DNA of 62,176 nt, filler included, from Nemertoderma westbladi (Eukaryota > Animalia > Xenacoelomorpha): NCBI GenBank assembly GCA_032718475.1. It is 3 parts of 3 records of this genome, joined end to end, with 100 filler letters (N's around TTAATTAATTAA, not from the genome) between each part and the next. Parts side by side here need not be neighbours in the genome. Positions count along the whole stretch, not along the records: positions 1 to 17,148 come from JAUCBJ010004017.1; positions 17,249 to 47,743 come from JAUCBJ010004697.1; 1 more part is not named here. One strand, 5' to 3'. The notes beneath the pieces were generated by a model, which did no database searches, was not told where the DNA came from, and saw only the letters and a program-made list of their open reading frames with translations. How positions within the stretch are numbered: position 1 is the first letter of the stretch; each line of letters starts with the position of its first letter. Position numbers and translations under genes: made by a program. Shown piece after piece: positions 11,261-23,600 of the stretch.

Positions 11261-12505
11261 GGAAAACAGAGTGGAGTGTTTCACTATGGAAGATCATCCA
11301 TGGTGGTGAACAGGCATTCCTATTAGGAAACTGAGTGGAAAGGTTTACTGTGGAAGATCACCCATGGAGGTGAACAGGCATTCCTTTAGGAAACATAGTG
11401 GAATAGTTTACTATGGAAGATCACCCATGGCCTTCCTTTAGAAAACAGAGTGGAAGGGTTTACTGTGGAAGGTCACCAAGGGTGGTGAACAGGCATCCTT
11501 TCTTTAGGAAACAGTGCAATGGTTTACTGTGGAAGATCTCACATGGTTGTGAACAGTCATTCCTTTAGGAAACCGAGTGGAAGAATTTACTGTGGAAGAT
11601 CACCCATGGTGGTGAAGCATTCCGTTAGGAAACAGAGTGGAAGGGTTCACTGTGTAACATCCCCATGGTTGTGAACAGGAATCCCATTAGGAAACCGAGT
11701 GGAAGGATTTACTGTGGAAGATCTCCCATAGTGATGAACAGGCATTGCTTTAGGAAACAGAATGGAAGGATATCACCCATGGTTGTGAACATGAATTTGT
11801 TTAGGAAACTGAGTGGAAGGATTTACAGTGGAAGATCACCCATGGTGGTTTACAGCCATTCCAATTTTGGAATCAAAGTGGAAGTGTTAAAAGGGAAGAT
11901 CACCCATGGTGGTGAACAGGCATTCCTTTAGGAAACAAAGTTTTACAACGGAAGGAGTTTTACAACAAAGGATTTACTATGTAAGATCAACCATGGTTGT
12001 GAATAGGCTTTCCTTTATGAGACAGAATAGATGGGTTTACTGCAGATGATCACTCCATTGTGGTGAACAAGTATTCCACTTTTGGAAACAAAGTGGACGG
12101 GTTTACACTTAAAGATCACCCAAGGTGCTGCACAAGCCTCCCTTTAGGAAACAAAGTGGAAGTGTTTACTATGGAATATTACCCATATGGTGGTGAGCAG
12201 CATTTCCTTTAGGAAACAGAGAGGAAGATGATTTACTGTGGAAGTTCAACCATGGTGGTGAATAGGCATTCCACTTTTGGAAACAAAGTGGAATGGGGGT
12301 GTGTAATGTGGAAGATCACCCATGATGGTGAACAGGCCTTCCTTTAGGAAACAGAGTGGAAAGATTTACTGTGGAAGATCTCCCATGGTTGTGAACAGGA
12401 TTCATTTAGTATAAGGGTTTACAGTGGAAGGTCAACCATGGCATGGTTGTGAATAGGCGTTCTTTTAGGAAAAAAGTGGAAGGGTTTACTATGGAATATT
12501 ACCAA
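11261..12505. repeat. ~62-bp minisatellite, ~20 diverged copies
   Basis: Consensus GGAAACAGAGTGGAAGGGTTTACTGTGGAAGATCACCCATGGTGGTGAACAGGCATTCCTTTA. Confidence 0.92.
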
Positions 12506-12986
12506 TTTCTGGTGGTATTCTAATATTTAAATGTTAATTAAATTGAGGAGAATTGTTAGTTAGTTAAAGTATTAAAAATGGAAGAATATGCATTACAGAG
12601 ACATAAATAACACATTCGCTCAGTTAAACAGAGACTATTTTCTGAAATTGTAATCAACTAATTGTAATCATTAGAGTTTAGTAAACCAAACCCAATCATT
12701 TATCCTACTTAACTAGAAACATCCTTTGATGCGAGATATTGATGCGAGATAAGATGGTGATTCCTCGTACAAAGTTAGTTGATTGTTATTATATTATGAA
12801 ACAAAAATTTATTATTGAGCAATTCTATCACAAAATCGGAATTGGAGAAATTAAACCAAACCGCCAATCAATCAAAGAAGAGGGGACAGTTCCACCATTA
12901 ATCTGCACCACAACAAAAAAGGGAACAATGGAATTTTAAATAAATACTTATTAACAACCTAATATACAATTTAAAAAAAACAATAC

Positions 12987-13625
12987 AATGGTATCCAGCG
13001 GCACAATGAGCTCCGGGACACAGTCGGCGATATAGCTGCCCTCTCATTCGGACCGCGGAATGTTATAAGGGAACCGGTTATCCAAGAGCAACACATGGAG
13101 ATGGACACCTCTGGAGGGTCTCAGGAATTCTTAGCCCGCGAGTATTCTTAGCCTGCGAGTATTCTTAGCCTGCGAGTATTCTTAGCCCGTGGGGATTCTT
13201 AGCCCGCAAAACAATAGCGTTTATTGTTTTGGTTCCCCCAATACGCCTCTGAAACCTGCTCCATTACTAACCTGCTCCTTTAATATTGCTAAGAATACTC
13301 GCGGGCTAAGGATACTCACGGGCTAAGAATATCCGCGGGCTCAGAGTACTCGCGGGCTAAGAATTCACCCAACCCTCTGGAGTGGCCAATGGACTCTGCT
13401 GCAACCGATGGAAACTGAGGCGCGTTCAACCCACAGACTCAGGCGTTGATTGACGTCAGGCTAACTAACCTGACGCCAGTTATATGCGGGACGCACCCCA
13501 ATGACAGTCCTAGAAGGAGCTGAAGATAATAAGAGGCAACTCTATTCAGCAGCAGTGGAGATACGAAGAGGTGACTTTGCCCCAGTCGTGATATCTTGTG
13601 ATGGACTTGTTGCACCTTACGGTAA
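12987..13625 (+). mobile_element. CRE-like non-LTR retrotransposon remnant (restriction-like endonuclease domain), split by a MITE
   Basis: Translations GIQRHNELRDTVGDIAALSFGPRNVIREPVIQE, FNPQTQALIDVRLTN and VLEGAEDNKRQLYSAAVEIRRGDFAPVVISCDG match the RHN..RD / DVR / E..K...Y / F.P.V.S.DG motifs of REL domains. Confidence 0.7.
13117..13373. mobile_element. Foldback/MULE-like MITE whose TIRs are built of 17-bp subrepeats, 9-bp TSD
   Basis: Left arm (GAGTATTCTTAGCCCGC)x4, right arm inverted x4; CCTCTGGAG is duplicated at 13108-13116 and 13374-13382. Confidence 0.85.
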
Positions 13626-13917
13626 CGGTAAAATTATATATATCTTATCAAATATGCATCACAAATATTATAAAATATACGGATATAATACCTGAAGCAA
13701 ATTAATCTGTGTAACTACTGAGGCCGTAAAAACTAATAAGGCATAAGAATAATTAGCTGTGAAGAGGGCAAAGCTGTTTATTATTATTTATTATTGCTGA
13801 CATTAGATCACGTGAGCCTTTAGATTAATGCACAATTATTTATTAAACAATACAGTTATTAATTAATTATATATAATAAATTAAAATTTATATAACTTAT
13901 AGTGAGTGAACTTGAGA

Positions 13918-14161
13918 CAGGGGGGAAACTGGACGCAAAACCCGCCTTGGCGAATTAATATCCTGCCTCAATGTTAAATTCTCAATTTAGGGAAAGGAGC
14001 AGGTTACAGTGGCACGTTATTTCAACCAAAACAATAAACTCAATAAACTAAAACACAATAGAACAGGTTACAGTTTTATTTTTGAGAGTAATCAACTGTT
14101 ATTTGCGTCGAATTTACCCTGGAGAGGGAGGAATTTTAATTGCGTCCAATTTCCCCCCCTA
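13918..14161. mobile_element. Tc1/pogo-like MITE
   Basis: AGGGGGGAAACTGGACGCA is inverted relative to TGCGTCCAATTTCCCCCCCT; its interior GGAGCAGGTTACAG...CCAAAACAATAAAC motif is shared with 18520-18745. Confidence 0.6.
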
Positions 14162-14931
14162 TCTGGTGAACTTAGTTGTCGATTGGTATAACAGCTGAGA
14201 ATAGCAGTAGCAGAGCTGGTCTAGGCCATTAGTACAGTAGCGCACACACACCACCAAGAATAATTATTTCCATATCCCAGGCTGTCTCAGTAATTGGAAT
14301 AGAATTCAGCCTGAAGTAGAACCAATAAGACAACAGCAGCTGGTAACGAAAGAAGCTTTAGTGCTGAGACTATGGAATTCGGGAATACACCACTTCCAAA
14401 CCCCCAAACAATGTCGAAACTTATCAATAAATAATTTAGGGCTGATCTGCGAAAGATGTAATCCTGGTAACAGTGACAGTGAAAATAAATTTTCGTCGGA
14501 AAATTAACCACCCCCCACTCCCGTATATTACTAAACCTTGCGTAAAGCTATGGATATATCCAATAGAAATATTTGGCGGGAATATTATTCTCGGAATATT
14601 ATTATATGTTAATGTTTCACATTCCTACTTATTATTATGACTCCGATGCTTTTTTTTGCACGGGATGCCTCGGTTATTGCCTTTTTGACTATATTGTGGC
14701 TCAATTATAAATTTGATTATTGTTTCATCTTCTGATTAAATATATTAGATTGATATGAAATTGATTCTAATTTATTCGTATGAACCAGTTGCTTAAATTA
14801 TTTTATTTTTTTGCAAAACAAAATCAATCATTAGTTGATACGACATTTTGAATTATTGCATTGTACATATCTTTGTAGCTTCATGTGTACATATATATGC
14901 ATCCAAATACTATTTGGTCGAGTGGAGATAG

Positions 14932-16155
14932 ACTACTACTACTACTACTTCTAGGTCGAGCGAACTCGGATAGTGGAAATGAGATCCTTCCAGGCTTACC
15001 GATTCTCCATAGTTGTCGCAATTTCGTTTCTCCCAAGTTCAGTATCCCTTTCAAGTTGATCTATATATGTTATGGCCGGTCGTCCACGACTTCGCTTTCC
15101 ATGAGTTGGTTGCCAGAAAAGTAGATCTGGTATGACCTCGTCTTTACTTCGCCAGCAGTGCCCACTGAATCTTAATCTGCGTTCACGGAGGGTGGTTGAT
15201 ACAGGTGGTATTGTACCATAAAGCTCGGCGTTTGTCATGTGTTGTCTCCAGCTGGTGTTTAGGGCTGCCCTTGGTAGTCTTGTGTAGCAACCATCAATTC
15301 GTTGTTCAAGTGATTTAGTCAGTGTCCATGTCTCACCCCCGTATAAAAATACACTTTCCACTGTGGCTCGAAAGAACTTAGTCTTCAGGTGCCTGGAGAG
15401 ATCTGATTTCCAGATGGTATCCATTTTTGATAGAGCTACCCAAGCCTTTGCTTTCCTAACTTCTATGTCCTTTTTGCTACTCTCTATCCATGATCCAAGA
15501 TACTGGAAGTCATTGACCTTCCTTAGTTGATTATTATCAATGGTTGTCAAGTTTCCATCAACATTAAAGGTCATGAATTCGAGTCGAATGCCTTCTTGAA
15601 GTCCACAAAAGTCATGACAGCGGGGAGATTCTTTGACTTAATTCCTTCAATCAGTCTCCGTAGTGCAAGTATCTGAGCTATTGTTGATCTACTTGGTCGA
15701 AATCCGTTTTGGCTCTTACGCAGTAGTTTCTCTATGTGAGGCCTAATCCTATATAGAATCATTTTATTGTATATTTTGGCAGCTACCACAAGCAGACAGA
15801 TCCCACGATAGTTTGTTGGTATGCCGAGGTCTCCTTTCTTGGGGAGAGGCTTTAGTTGACCTTTAGTCCAAATTGGTGGTGGCTTTTCCCCTTTTAACAT
15901 CCGGTTGCAAACATTCAACAATGGTCTGTTTAGCACTCCGGTTTTCCATACCTCCGCTGGGATTTCATCTAATCCACTCGCTTTATTATTGGACATGCTT
16001 TTAATGCTTCTTTGGAGTTCGGCAGGTGTGAAGTCCCCTGTTTCTATAGGTAGTGTCTTGTCATATATTTTCCTTTTAGGGCTGACCTCTTTGTTTGGTG
16101 GCTGCCCAAGCAAGTTGCTGAAGTGATTTTTCCACTTCCCAACACGTTCTTCAGG
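14932..16155 (-). mobile_element. RTE-clade LINE (family B), 5'-truncated, RT core deleted
   Basis: ORF 15571-16113: KASGLDEIPAE, LPKKGDL..NYRGICL, QNGFRPSRST, FVDFKKAFDS. ORF 14996-15574: FQYLGS, LYGGETW, RRLRFSGHCWR, RGRP. (AGT)n tail at 14932-14949. No GVRQG or YADD between the two ORFs. Confidence 0.93.
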
Positions 16156-17040
16156 ACTTTCAGGATATTTCTGTACAGACAGACAGACACAGTGACCTCC
16201 AGTAATAATAAAAATAAAACATGTTCGCTAACGGTCCATACACTGACTTGTATCTGAATTCCGACATGTAGGCCTATCTAATTTTTTACATGTCAGCTTT
16301 GAAAAATATCGTAAAATATTATATTTGAAAAATCCCCCCCAAACACAGAAAATTCGCGGGTACGTATAATCCCCCCCCCCCCCCCTTTCTGGCTCTGGCC
16401 CCTCCTCTCGTGAATCTGGCTGCGCAACTGAATACAATTGTTTTATTATTTATACTTGGAACGTTGGGGATATTTATACCATGAATGCTTAAATTCATAT
16501 TTAAAATCCAATAGTTCTATTTCATTGGACAAATGATAATAAACCGTGTATAATTTGGCATAAAAACAAAGTTTCTAGGCAACAGAAAGTGACGGTTAGT
16601 TAATCAATCAATGAGATTAACAATGAGTATTAAGTATTAACGCCCAACATCATTCCCTTGAAAACGTCACGATCAGAGGATCTCTAATATCCAACATACA
16701 TCCGAATTTAATAATAAATAATAATAATGCTAAAATTCCAGGTAATTTATTTACAATAATTATATACAATTTATACAATATTTATAATATACAATTATAT
16801 AATAATTATAATATACAATTATTTAATCAATTTCAATCTGTTTCATTTTTAACATTGATGATTTGTTCTCGATACTTTATATATAGTTTATTAACAGGTT
16901 GAGTTAAAGTTTATTTAAGAAAAAAACATAAATCGAATGCATTACATGCCCTACAAGGCAGCCGTCTTCTCACATTATAGATGTCATCAGTTCGATTATA
17001 CCTGGACGTCATTGCCAAATTTGCTAAGCTATGCCCAACT

Positions 17041-17148
17041 AATACTACTAGGATCGGCATGCTGCATTGCAGCTGCATTTTTAAGAACGCTGGGCCGGCT
17101 TGTCGACAAAATTGCGCCGCCACAACTCCCTATCACCCATGGCATTTG
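17041..17148 (-). mobile_element. RTE family A 3' end running into the assembly gap
   Basis: ACTACTAGGATCGGCATGCTGCATTGCAGCTGC... is the same as 47340 onward. Confidence 0.85.
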
Positions 17149-17248
17149 NNNNNNNNNNNNNNNNNNNNNNNNNNNNNNNNNNNNNNNNNNNNTTAATTAA
17201 TTAANNNNNNNNNNNNNNNNNNNNNNNNNNNNNNNNNNNNNNNNNNNN
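17149..17248. other. Assembly gap / artificial linker N44-TTAATTAATTAA-N44
   Basis: Exactly 100 bp with a six-frame stop cassette at 17193-17204. Confidence 0.97.
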
Positions 17249-17389
17249 ACTGCAGGACTGTCCTCCTAGGCCATAGTGCATCGGTAGGCCTGTAGGCTGC
17301 TAGGTCTGTAGGTAGGCTGGTAGGCCTGCTGTCAGTCAGTACTGTTCTGCTGTTCAGTTCAGTTGTTAGACTATTTTAATGTGAAGCCA

Positions 17390-17647
17390 ATGGATAACTT
17401 TGTTGAATCGCTGGAAGTTTTATCACGACATCTGAAACGGGAACATTTGTTCGTCTCGTCGGAACGCCAACATATCGTCTCGTTGAGAGACTCCGTATCC
17501 AAGTTAGCCTTTCGGGTTTTCCAAGCTACGTGGAGAACAAGTTGCCAACGGAATCATCTCAACAATGTTCTCAATAACCCCAACGATACAACCGACCCCC
17601 GGCATTATTATATTATAAATAATGTCGTATTTAAAGAGGCCTATAAG
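17390..17647 (+). CDS. GAPVD1: GAPVD1 coding exon 1
   Basis: MDNFVESLEVLSRHLKREHLFVSSERQ...FKEAYK|GT resembles the GAPVD1 N-terminus (HLKQERLYV.SEKQ...FVDGYK). Confidence 0.85.
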
Positions 17648-20600
17648 GTTGGATTCTCTATCAGTCTATCTATTCCTATCACCTGTAGGGGAAAGTGGGG
17701 GAATTAGAAACACTTTTTGGATTTTAAAAAATTAAAAGTGCCCTCATTTCTACACAAACATTCATAGAGGAAATATAACTATAGATTTGGAATCATGCAT
17801 CTCTCTGCTAACAATAGAACATCCTATCTCGTCTGCCTATCACTATCTGGTAGTGACAGGCAGACGAGATTTTTTTTAAGTCGAGATTGTTTCCATTTAC
17901 CCCACAATGGGGTAAATGGAAACAGGGTTTGCCTCCCAATAGTTAAATCAACCAGAAATTCACATGGGGTAATTGGAATATTTCTAATTACCACATGGGA
18001 ATGTAGATTAAATTGCGCACAATTTGATATATAACATGTCTATGTTGCCACATATGTTTAATATTTAAAGTGTTTCACAAACCTTCAACAATTAACAGAG
18101 ATATGCATGTTTGTGAATAAAAGACATCCAGCAACAATATGGATATATGAAAACTAATTATTGCTCTTTATATAACTAAATTAAACTTAATTTATTTAAA
18201 TTAAAATGAATTAGCTTAACTTAAATTAAAATTAGAATTTCTTGTTGGTTCAGCACAGCCCCATTCCCGCTTTTCCTATTACCACCAGATATTGGGCCAA
18301 TGTTTCCTCATTGCTTTTCCGAGAAAACATCTATGCACCTGACCTATATAATTAGCGATCACTATATTTAAGTTTCTTGTTCCCAGAGGGTACCCCCAGG
18401 AATTCCAAAGTCTTCCGAATAGTGGCATGACCACTGGAAATGGTGCTTTAAGGCAGCAGATAGAGATTCCATAGAGTATGACGCCCAGGCAACGCAGGCA
18501 GCCATGAAGTTTTGCGTAAAATTGAGGGAAAAGAGCAGGTTACAGAGGCTGGCTTTTCTAACCCAAACAATAAACGGCCACTTTCCCAAATGAGGGAAAG
18601 GAGCAGATTACAGAGGCATGCTTTTCTAACCAAAACAATAAACGGTCACTTTACCAATTGACAGATTGAGGGAAAGCAGCAGGTTACCTAGGTGGGCTAT
18701 TCTAACCAAAACAATAAACGATTACTTTACCAATTGAGGGAAACCATATGGTCAGACTTCTAGTCAGCTAGTAGTCATTAGTCACATGGTCAGACTGTCA
18801 GTAGTCACTCTATAACCAAAAAAATCAGGCACTCAAGCAATAGGCAGATAGGTACCGGTGCGCAGCTGTATGACAATTAGAAACTGTTATAAAGGACGGT
18901 CCCCAAAGTAACAGGACCAGCTAAAAAAATTAATGTTTCCAATTACCCCATGGCACTAAAATTTGACCATTTTTAAATTATGTTGAACAAACAAATTTTT
19001 AATTATGCTATCATTAAATTAGGTTGTCTACTGAATAGATGACATAATAAGCTTTAAATTAAGCTATTGCTTAAGATAATTGGAATAAGACATCGCTCAC
19101 AATCCATTTGTGAAGTTGCAAAAAAATAATCGAAAATTTGATTTTTTTTTCATCTTTTATACAATCAGCCATTTGACAATGAAGAAGTGAAAATAAACGC
19201 CATATTCCTATTGGAAAAATAATCACCAATAATTTATCTCAATAAACATCAAAATTTCAAGTCTATACATACAAAAGCATGCATGTAGTAGCCATTGCTT
19301 CTAATTACACCAACCCCATGTTTCTAATTCCCCCACCTTCCCCTATTCAGCTAGTCTGTTTCTGTGTTTCTTTGTCCTACAATCAATCAGTGATGCATGA
19401 ATCAGATAATCCTTCAGTCAGTCGTCAGACACCGTACCGTACAGCCGTACCGGTACCGGTACTCGTTTAGTGACAGAGACCTGAGAGAGCTGAGACTGAG
19501 AAGTCTGAGAAGCCAGACTGAAATTGAAATTTGGTTTGAATTGAAATTATTGTCTAATTGATTACAAATATTTTACCAGCTGACCAGGCTGCCAGGGTTA
19601 GGGTAGTACTTAAGTTTGTTCATTCATTACGGTACTTCTTACTTCAGTAGGCCTACTTAATTCGTGGCTTCCAGGCTTCGTCTGTTCGGCTTCGTCAGCT
19701 CACGTCTACCTGTTACCTATCTACACGTGCGTAATTTAATTAAGTCTTATTATTGTCATTTTCACGTTTCGCTGACCTTGGACTTCTAACAGTCTTGTCT
19801 AAGTTGTAATCTACTTTATCTGTCTATTATCATTACTTACTACGTTACTAGGCTTACTCTTAAACCTCTTCATTATTTCTGGAAATAAATGCCACAAAAG
19901 GTGTAGGGATGTGATGATCGAAGTCGAACCATCAATCAAATCAATCCCACGTCCCATCCCATATAGGCCTACCGTTGACCGGTAATGATAAAGTATTTTT
20001 CATTTGTGTCCACTTCCCCCCGCACGCCCCCAGTATTGTTGTCAGTGTACCTCAAATCGTTTGTTTGTAACATTTTCTAGCGTATATAACCCGTGTCTCT
20101 ATTAGTATATATTTACTAATTTACAGGTACTTGGCTGCAATGACGCGGTTTACGGTAACCTACTCACGGATTTACGACTCAACCCTAAACTAGTCTCCAT
20201 GTGTCTCGTCACATGGAAACGAACCTCCAAGGACTTCTCGCTACTCAATTTGCTGTTCTCCTCGCTGTACGGCAGTTGTCTCCTGTCTGACGACGAATCT
20301 CTAGTGATCGACCTCCTCAGACACCTCATAGAAGACGAACTAGTTCCTTCCGACAATATATCCACAATTATACGACGACACAACTCCATGTTCGCCCATC
20401 TATTTAAACTTTTTACCGAGTCTCATTTCCCGACTAGGTTGTTCGTCACCGCCGCACTGAATGACCCGGTACTGGAGGTTCTGAAACAAAGCCACCTGAT
20501 ACTGGAGACCGACGCAAACCGACTGTGCGAGACGCTGACGGACGCCGAACGCAGCCGCCGTTTCGGGGACCCGTCCGACGCAGTCGTCTTTGCGAGTCGC

Positions 20601-23600
20601 CTCTCCCGCTACTGCGAGGAGATGCGCTCGCAACTCGTCGAGTTCTGCGTTCAGTTCATCTCGAGTTTGGAGTCGAGTTGGCACGCGTTCCCTCCCGCGC
20701 TACGGGCCGTCGTCGGTTGCCTCAACGAGGCGCTGCAGCGGAAGTTGGGGGCCTCCAGCACCGAGTCTCTCGCCTTCGTTATGTCGAGTTTAATCTGCCC
20801 CGCGATTATAAACCCCGAGCCCTACGGGGTCGTTATGGATATTTATATTACGGAGCGTTCCAGATTCAATCTCGTCCAGGTGAGAGCTGTTCGTATCTCT
20901 ATTTCTCTACCCGTTTAAGAGTTAACAATTTGGTCTTGAGTAAGTAAAGTAGTACTTTATATTTGCAGTACCTATATTCTAGAATACTGTATTACGGTAT
21001 TCTAGAATACTGAGCTGAGCAAGCCATTCTGACCAATAAAAATTTCCGGAGTAAAAATGTCGTGTGTAAAAATATCGAGTGTTGGAAAATATCGAGAGTA
21101 AAAATATCGAGAGTAAAAATATCGAGAATAAAAATATCGAGTGTTGAAAAATATCGAGAGTAAAAATCTCGATAGTAAAAATATCGAGAGTAAAAATATC
21201 GAGAGTAAAAATATCGAGAGTAAAATTATCGGGAGTAAAAATATCGGGAGTAAAAATATCGAGAGTAAAATTATCGGGAGTAAAAATATCGGGAGTAAAA
21301 ATATCGAGAGTAAAAATCTCGATAGTAAAAATCTCGATAGTAAAAATATCGAGAGTTAAAATATCGAGTGTTGAAAAATATCGGGAGTAAAAATATCGAG
21401 AGTAAAAATCTCGATAGTAAAAATCTCTATAGTAAAAATCTCGATAGTAAAAATCTCGATAGTAAAAATCTCGATAGTAAAAATATCGGGAGTAAAAATA
21501 TCGAGAGTAAAAATATCGAGTGTTGAAAAATATCGAGAGTAAAAATATCGAGAGTAAAAATATCGAGTGTTGAAAAATATCGAGAGTAAAAATATCGAGA
21601 CTAAAAATATCGAGAATAAAAATATCGAGTGTTGAAAAATATCGAAAGTAAAGATATCGAGTGTTGAAAAATCTCGAGAGTAAAAATCTCGATAGTAAAA
21701 ATCTCGATAGTAAAAATCTCGATAGTAAAAATCTCGATAGTAAAAATATCGAGAGTAAAAATATCGAGAGTAAAAATATCGAGTGTTGACAAATATCGAG
21801 AGTAAAAATATCGAGAGTAAAAATATCGAGAGTAAAAATATCGAGTGTTGAAAAATATCGGGAGTAAAAATATCGAGAGTAAAAATATCGAGAATAAAAA
21901 TATCGAGTGTTGAAAAATATCGAGAGTAAAAATATCGAGAGTAAAAATATCGAGAGTAAAAATATCGAGTGTTGAAAAATATCGGGAGTAAAAATATCGA
22001 GAGTAAAAATATCGAGAATAAAAATATCGAGTGTTGAAAAATATCGAGAGTAAAAATATCGAGAGTAAAAATCTCGATAGTAAAAATCTCGATAGTAAAA
22101 ATCTCGATAGAGAGTGGAAATATCGAGAGTGGAAATATCGAGAGTGGAAATATTGTGAACATTTAAAGGTGCGTTCACATAACGATGTGTATGTAAGCGT
22201 AGAAGCGATGCAAATTTCAATTAGTCGTTAGTCACTTTATATCCACACATGCACATACACATACATACGTTATGTAAAGGCACCTTTATATAAATGATCA
22301 TAATATTTTTATTCACAATATTTTTACTCTCGATATTTTTACTAGAAACTATCCTCCTAATCTTTAATATAAGATAAGTATTCATTCATATTAATTACAG
22401 AACCCTGGATATTATTTAAAACACTAATTTACGTACGGCCCCAGCAATAATTTTATATATTTCTCAACACTAATAACACTCAATATTTTTACGGTTCTCG
22501 ATATTTTTACTCTCGATATTTTTACTTTCGATATTTTTACTCTCGATATACTCGGGATATTTTTCAATGCTCGATATTTTGACTCAGCTCATATTGTAAC
22601 CCGGAGGAACCTCCGGGCTCCGGCTCCGGATGAAGTCTGGGATGGAGTACAAACAGGTCCCCCAAGAACTATGCCCGCCATTATACTTTTATTAATATAA
22701 TAAACACACATGGGTCAGAACACTGCTAATAAAACTTTATTATAAAAAAGTGAATTGAGGCATGCAAATTAATATTCGAAAATTTAAATATTGTCTTACA
22801 TCGTATGCGCAGGTAGACCAGGCCTGGATGTATACAATGTGGTTCTTTATACGACGGTTGACTTTTTAAGGCGGGTGATAAAGCCTTATATGACTGGTGC
22901 AGTAGCATTCATAGTACACTGTTAGCGATACACCCTGTGCAGATAGACCATCATTTACTTCGAGTTGAATTTTTATAAAGCTTTGAGCTAATTATTTTTC
23001 CCATGGCGATGATGATATTCGATAGGGACAACAGATTAAATGGCAAAATCGCTATAATAATGACGATTATCTATTCTGAGCCATTATTAATTCTAGAATG
23101 TTGTGCACACTGTGCACATTCTGCGGCTGTTGTGTCGGCATGACGGCATCCACCGGTCGATAATATGATATTAGGCCAACTAACAGCTGTACTTATCTAA
23201 TAACTTATACTAACTCCAATTATAGGCCAATTAACCTGTACTTATCTACTAACTTACACTAACTATAATAGGCCAACTAACCTGTACTTATCTACTAACT
23301 TATATTAACTTATAATAGGCCAACTAACCTGTACTTAATACTACACGTACACAGTGCTATACATCATATATAATAATAATACTACAGTGCACATAGTATA
23401 TACTGGGTTAGTGTTTTAATTGAAACCCATCGTAACCCCACTGCGACACCCACCCACCCTGTGGAATGCCAACCCAGGGTGTATGGTACCTGCTCCGAGA
23501 CCGGCTGAATGAAATCAACGTTGGATAACTATTTAAATCATTGTGGAAAAAGTGGAACTTTTCAACGTTTTGATCCGAGTTTATTATGTACCCAAGTGAG

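Noticed and set aside
11261-12505. CRISPR-like 62-bp periodicity with palindrome
   Set aside because: The whole unit is repeated; there are no unique spacers.
17193-17204. TTAATTAATTAA palindrome as a biological site
   Set aside because: Centred in an exact 100-bp N gap twice; it is a synthetic linker.
20979-22220. 413-aa and overlapping ORFs
   Set aside because: Translation of a 15-bp minisatellite in an intron.
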